Assembly: GCA_028715115.1 (NCBI GenBank)
Contig: JAQUSN010000001.1
Location: 191,067 to 255,066 of the forward strand
Length of the DNA: 64,000 nt
Source of the DNA: Patescibacteria group bacterium
GTDB lineage: Bacteria; Patescibacteriota; Patescibacteriia; UBA2591; UBA4787
Reading direction: 5' to 3'
In this document: in pieces, positions 62,901-64,000 of the stretch
How positions within the stretch are numbered: the stretch's first letter is position 1
Layout: each line of letters starts with the position of its first letter
Notes under the pieces: model-generated
Told to the model about the DNA's origin: nothing
Seen by the model: the letters and a program-made list of their open reading frames with translations, nothing else
Database searches by the model: none
Program-made: the position numbers and the translations under genes

Positions 62901-63118
62901 TTTATAAGGGGAAGGGAAGAGGGCTTTAAATCAAGAAAAACATTAATGTACCGTCATTATGGGCGGCTTTTATTTTACCCCGTAAAAGATTTGTTTTGTC
63001 GAGCTCAGCGATTAAATAATCTTGAGTGCAAAACCTTATTTTTTTAAAAAATTAACCCCTCAACTCTTTAACCAGGCATGCTTGCCAAATCCTATAATTT
63101 TGCTAAAATCTGAGGCAT

Positions 63119-64000
63119 ATGAAATTAATCGACCATCTTGATTTAATTGAATTGGCTGAGAAGGATCCAATAAAATATCTATCTTCTCCGTCATTTCAAA
63201 GCCGCTTTAAACAATGGCTTAAAAAGTTGTTGTTATTTTTACTTATTGTTTTCTTGATTTTTGTCGGAGCTTTTTTGGCTTATCAGCGAACTTATGCTGG
63301 TCGGGTTTTTCCGGGCGTTTATTTGGGTAAAACTTTGGTGGGCGGCATGAACGAGCAAGAGCTTAAAGATAAAATTGAGCCGGTTATTAATCAAGTTGAG
63401 AACAAAGGACTGATTTTTATCGGCCAAAGCGTCAAAGGCAAGAAAGAAGTGGCCGTTAAGTCGGTTTTAATTGCCGTTAATGACCCTGATCTTTCCCGCA
63501 GAGTCATTACTTTTGATCTAGATGATATTTTACAGCAAGCCATGGCCGTCGGCAGGCACGGATCTATCTTCCAAAGAATTGGCGACGTGTTAATAGCTCA
63601 GGCCAACGGTTATCATCTAGAGGCCGCAGTGCAAATTGATGAGCAAGAGCTAAAAAATAATTTAAAAGATAATTTAAAAGATTTAGAACAGGACTCTAAT
63701 GACGCTTCGTTTCAATTAGCCAAAAGCGGAGACATAAAAATAATTGAAGATCAAGCTGGATATTTTTTTGATTTAGCTACGGCCATTGAGCAGGTAAAAA
63801 ATAACCTTGAGCAAACAGACGCCAGTCCGATTGAAATAAAATTAATTAATTTTGCTCCGACGATAAGAACTAGCGATATTGAGAAGATGGAGCCAAAAAT
63901 TCATGAGGCCCTAGATTCAGCGCCCTTGACGCTTCGTTATCAGGATCAAAAATGGCCGGTCAGTAAAAATTTACTTAGCCAGTGGCTGACCTTTAAAAAA
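63119..64000 (+). CDS. Membrane-anchored protein, possibly VanW/YoaR-like (3' end outside window)
   Basis: The ORF opens at ATG 63119 (MKLIDHLDLIELAEK...), has a TM segment, then ...AGRVFPGVYLGKTLVGGMNEQELKDKIEPV resembling the N-terminal region of VanW-family proteins. There is no stop within the window, so it is absent from the track. Confidence 0.35.
   Translation, partial: MKLIDHLDLIELAEKDPIKYLSSPSFQSRFKQWLKKLLLFLLIVFLIFVGAFLAYQRTYAGRVFPGVYLGKTLVGGMNEQELKDKIEPVINQVENKGLIFIGQSVKGKKEVAVKSVLIAVNDPDLSRRVITFDLDDILQQAMAVGRHGSIFQRIGDVLIAQANGYHLEAAVQIDEQELKNNLKDNLKDLEQDSNDASFQLAKSGDIKIIEDQAGYFFDLATAIEQVKNNLEQTDASPIEIKLINFAPTIRTSDIEKMEPKIHEALDSAPLTLRYQDQKWPVSKNLLSQWLTFKK

Noticed and set aside
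1-64000. rRNA genes, transposases, integrases, restriction-modification or other recognisable defence systems
   Set aside because: No ORF showed DDE/tyrosine-recombinase/serine-recombinase motifs. The methyltransferases present look like RNA or small-molecule MTases (no DPPY/NPPY with a partner endonuclease). No rRNA-like conserved stretches were seen.

Overview
This window is an AT-rich (about 33-36% GC) small-genome bacterial chromosome segment. Its gene style and content fit a minimal-genome, CPR/Patescibacteria-like organism, but that is inference from the sequence alone. It is densely packed with housekeeping genes: rpoB-rpoC (rpoC truncated at the window start), rpsA, ftsH, dnaN, hup, rpsF-ssb-rpsR, efp, pilT, recA, a rodZ-like gene, ftsX, aspS, rpmA, mraY, nusA, tig, secD-secF, cca, rplS, recX, holA, rpsT, ruvA, hsp20 and 13 tRNA genes. 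The main anomaly is at least ten sharply bounded GC-rich islets (about 50-60% GC): 11.8-13.0 kb, 18.5-19.3 kb, 23.7-24.3 kb, 28.77-29.09 kb, 33.55-33.8 kb, 47.3-50.04 kb, 50.74-51.8 kb, 53.07-53.43 kb, 54.8-55.02 kb and 55.08-55.44 kb. Each islet is a self-contained small transcription unit carrying a small membrane protein, Cys-rich/zinc-ribbon protein, HTH protein, YdjM-like hydrolase or candidate sRNA. Each has a native-style consensus sigma70 promoter (TTGACA-N16/17-TAAAAT/TATAAT) and a hairpin terminator, and the units sit between conserved core genes. The densest stretch is 47.26-51.85 kb, about ten such units flanking a nucleosidase gene. Other notable features follow. A tRNA-Ile with anticodon UAU lies in an array of truncated paralogous tRNA fragments. 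SecD carries an inserted parvulin-like segment. A perfect 30-bp palindrome overlaps a -35 box. A 9-nt poly-G tract is present. Paralogous hairpins flank an extremely AT-rich SDR gene next to tRNA-Lys/Arg. A 1118-aa secreted M23 peptidase is encoded. Several GC-rich candidate small RNAs are present. All functional calls rest on motif recognition by eye; no database search was possible.
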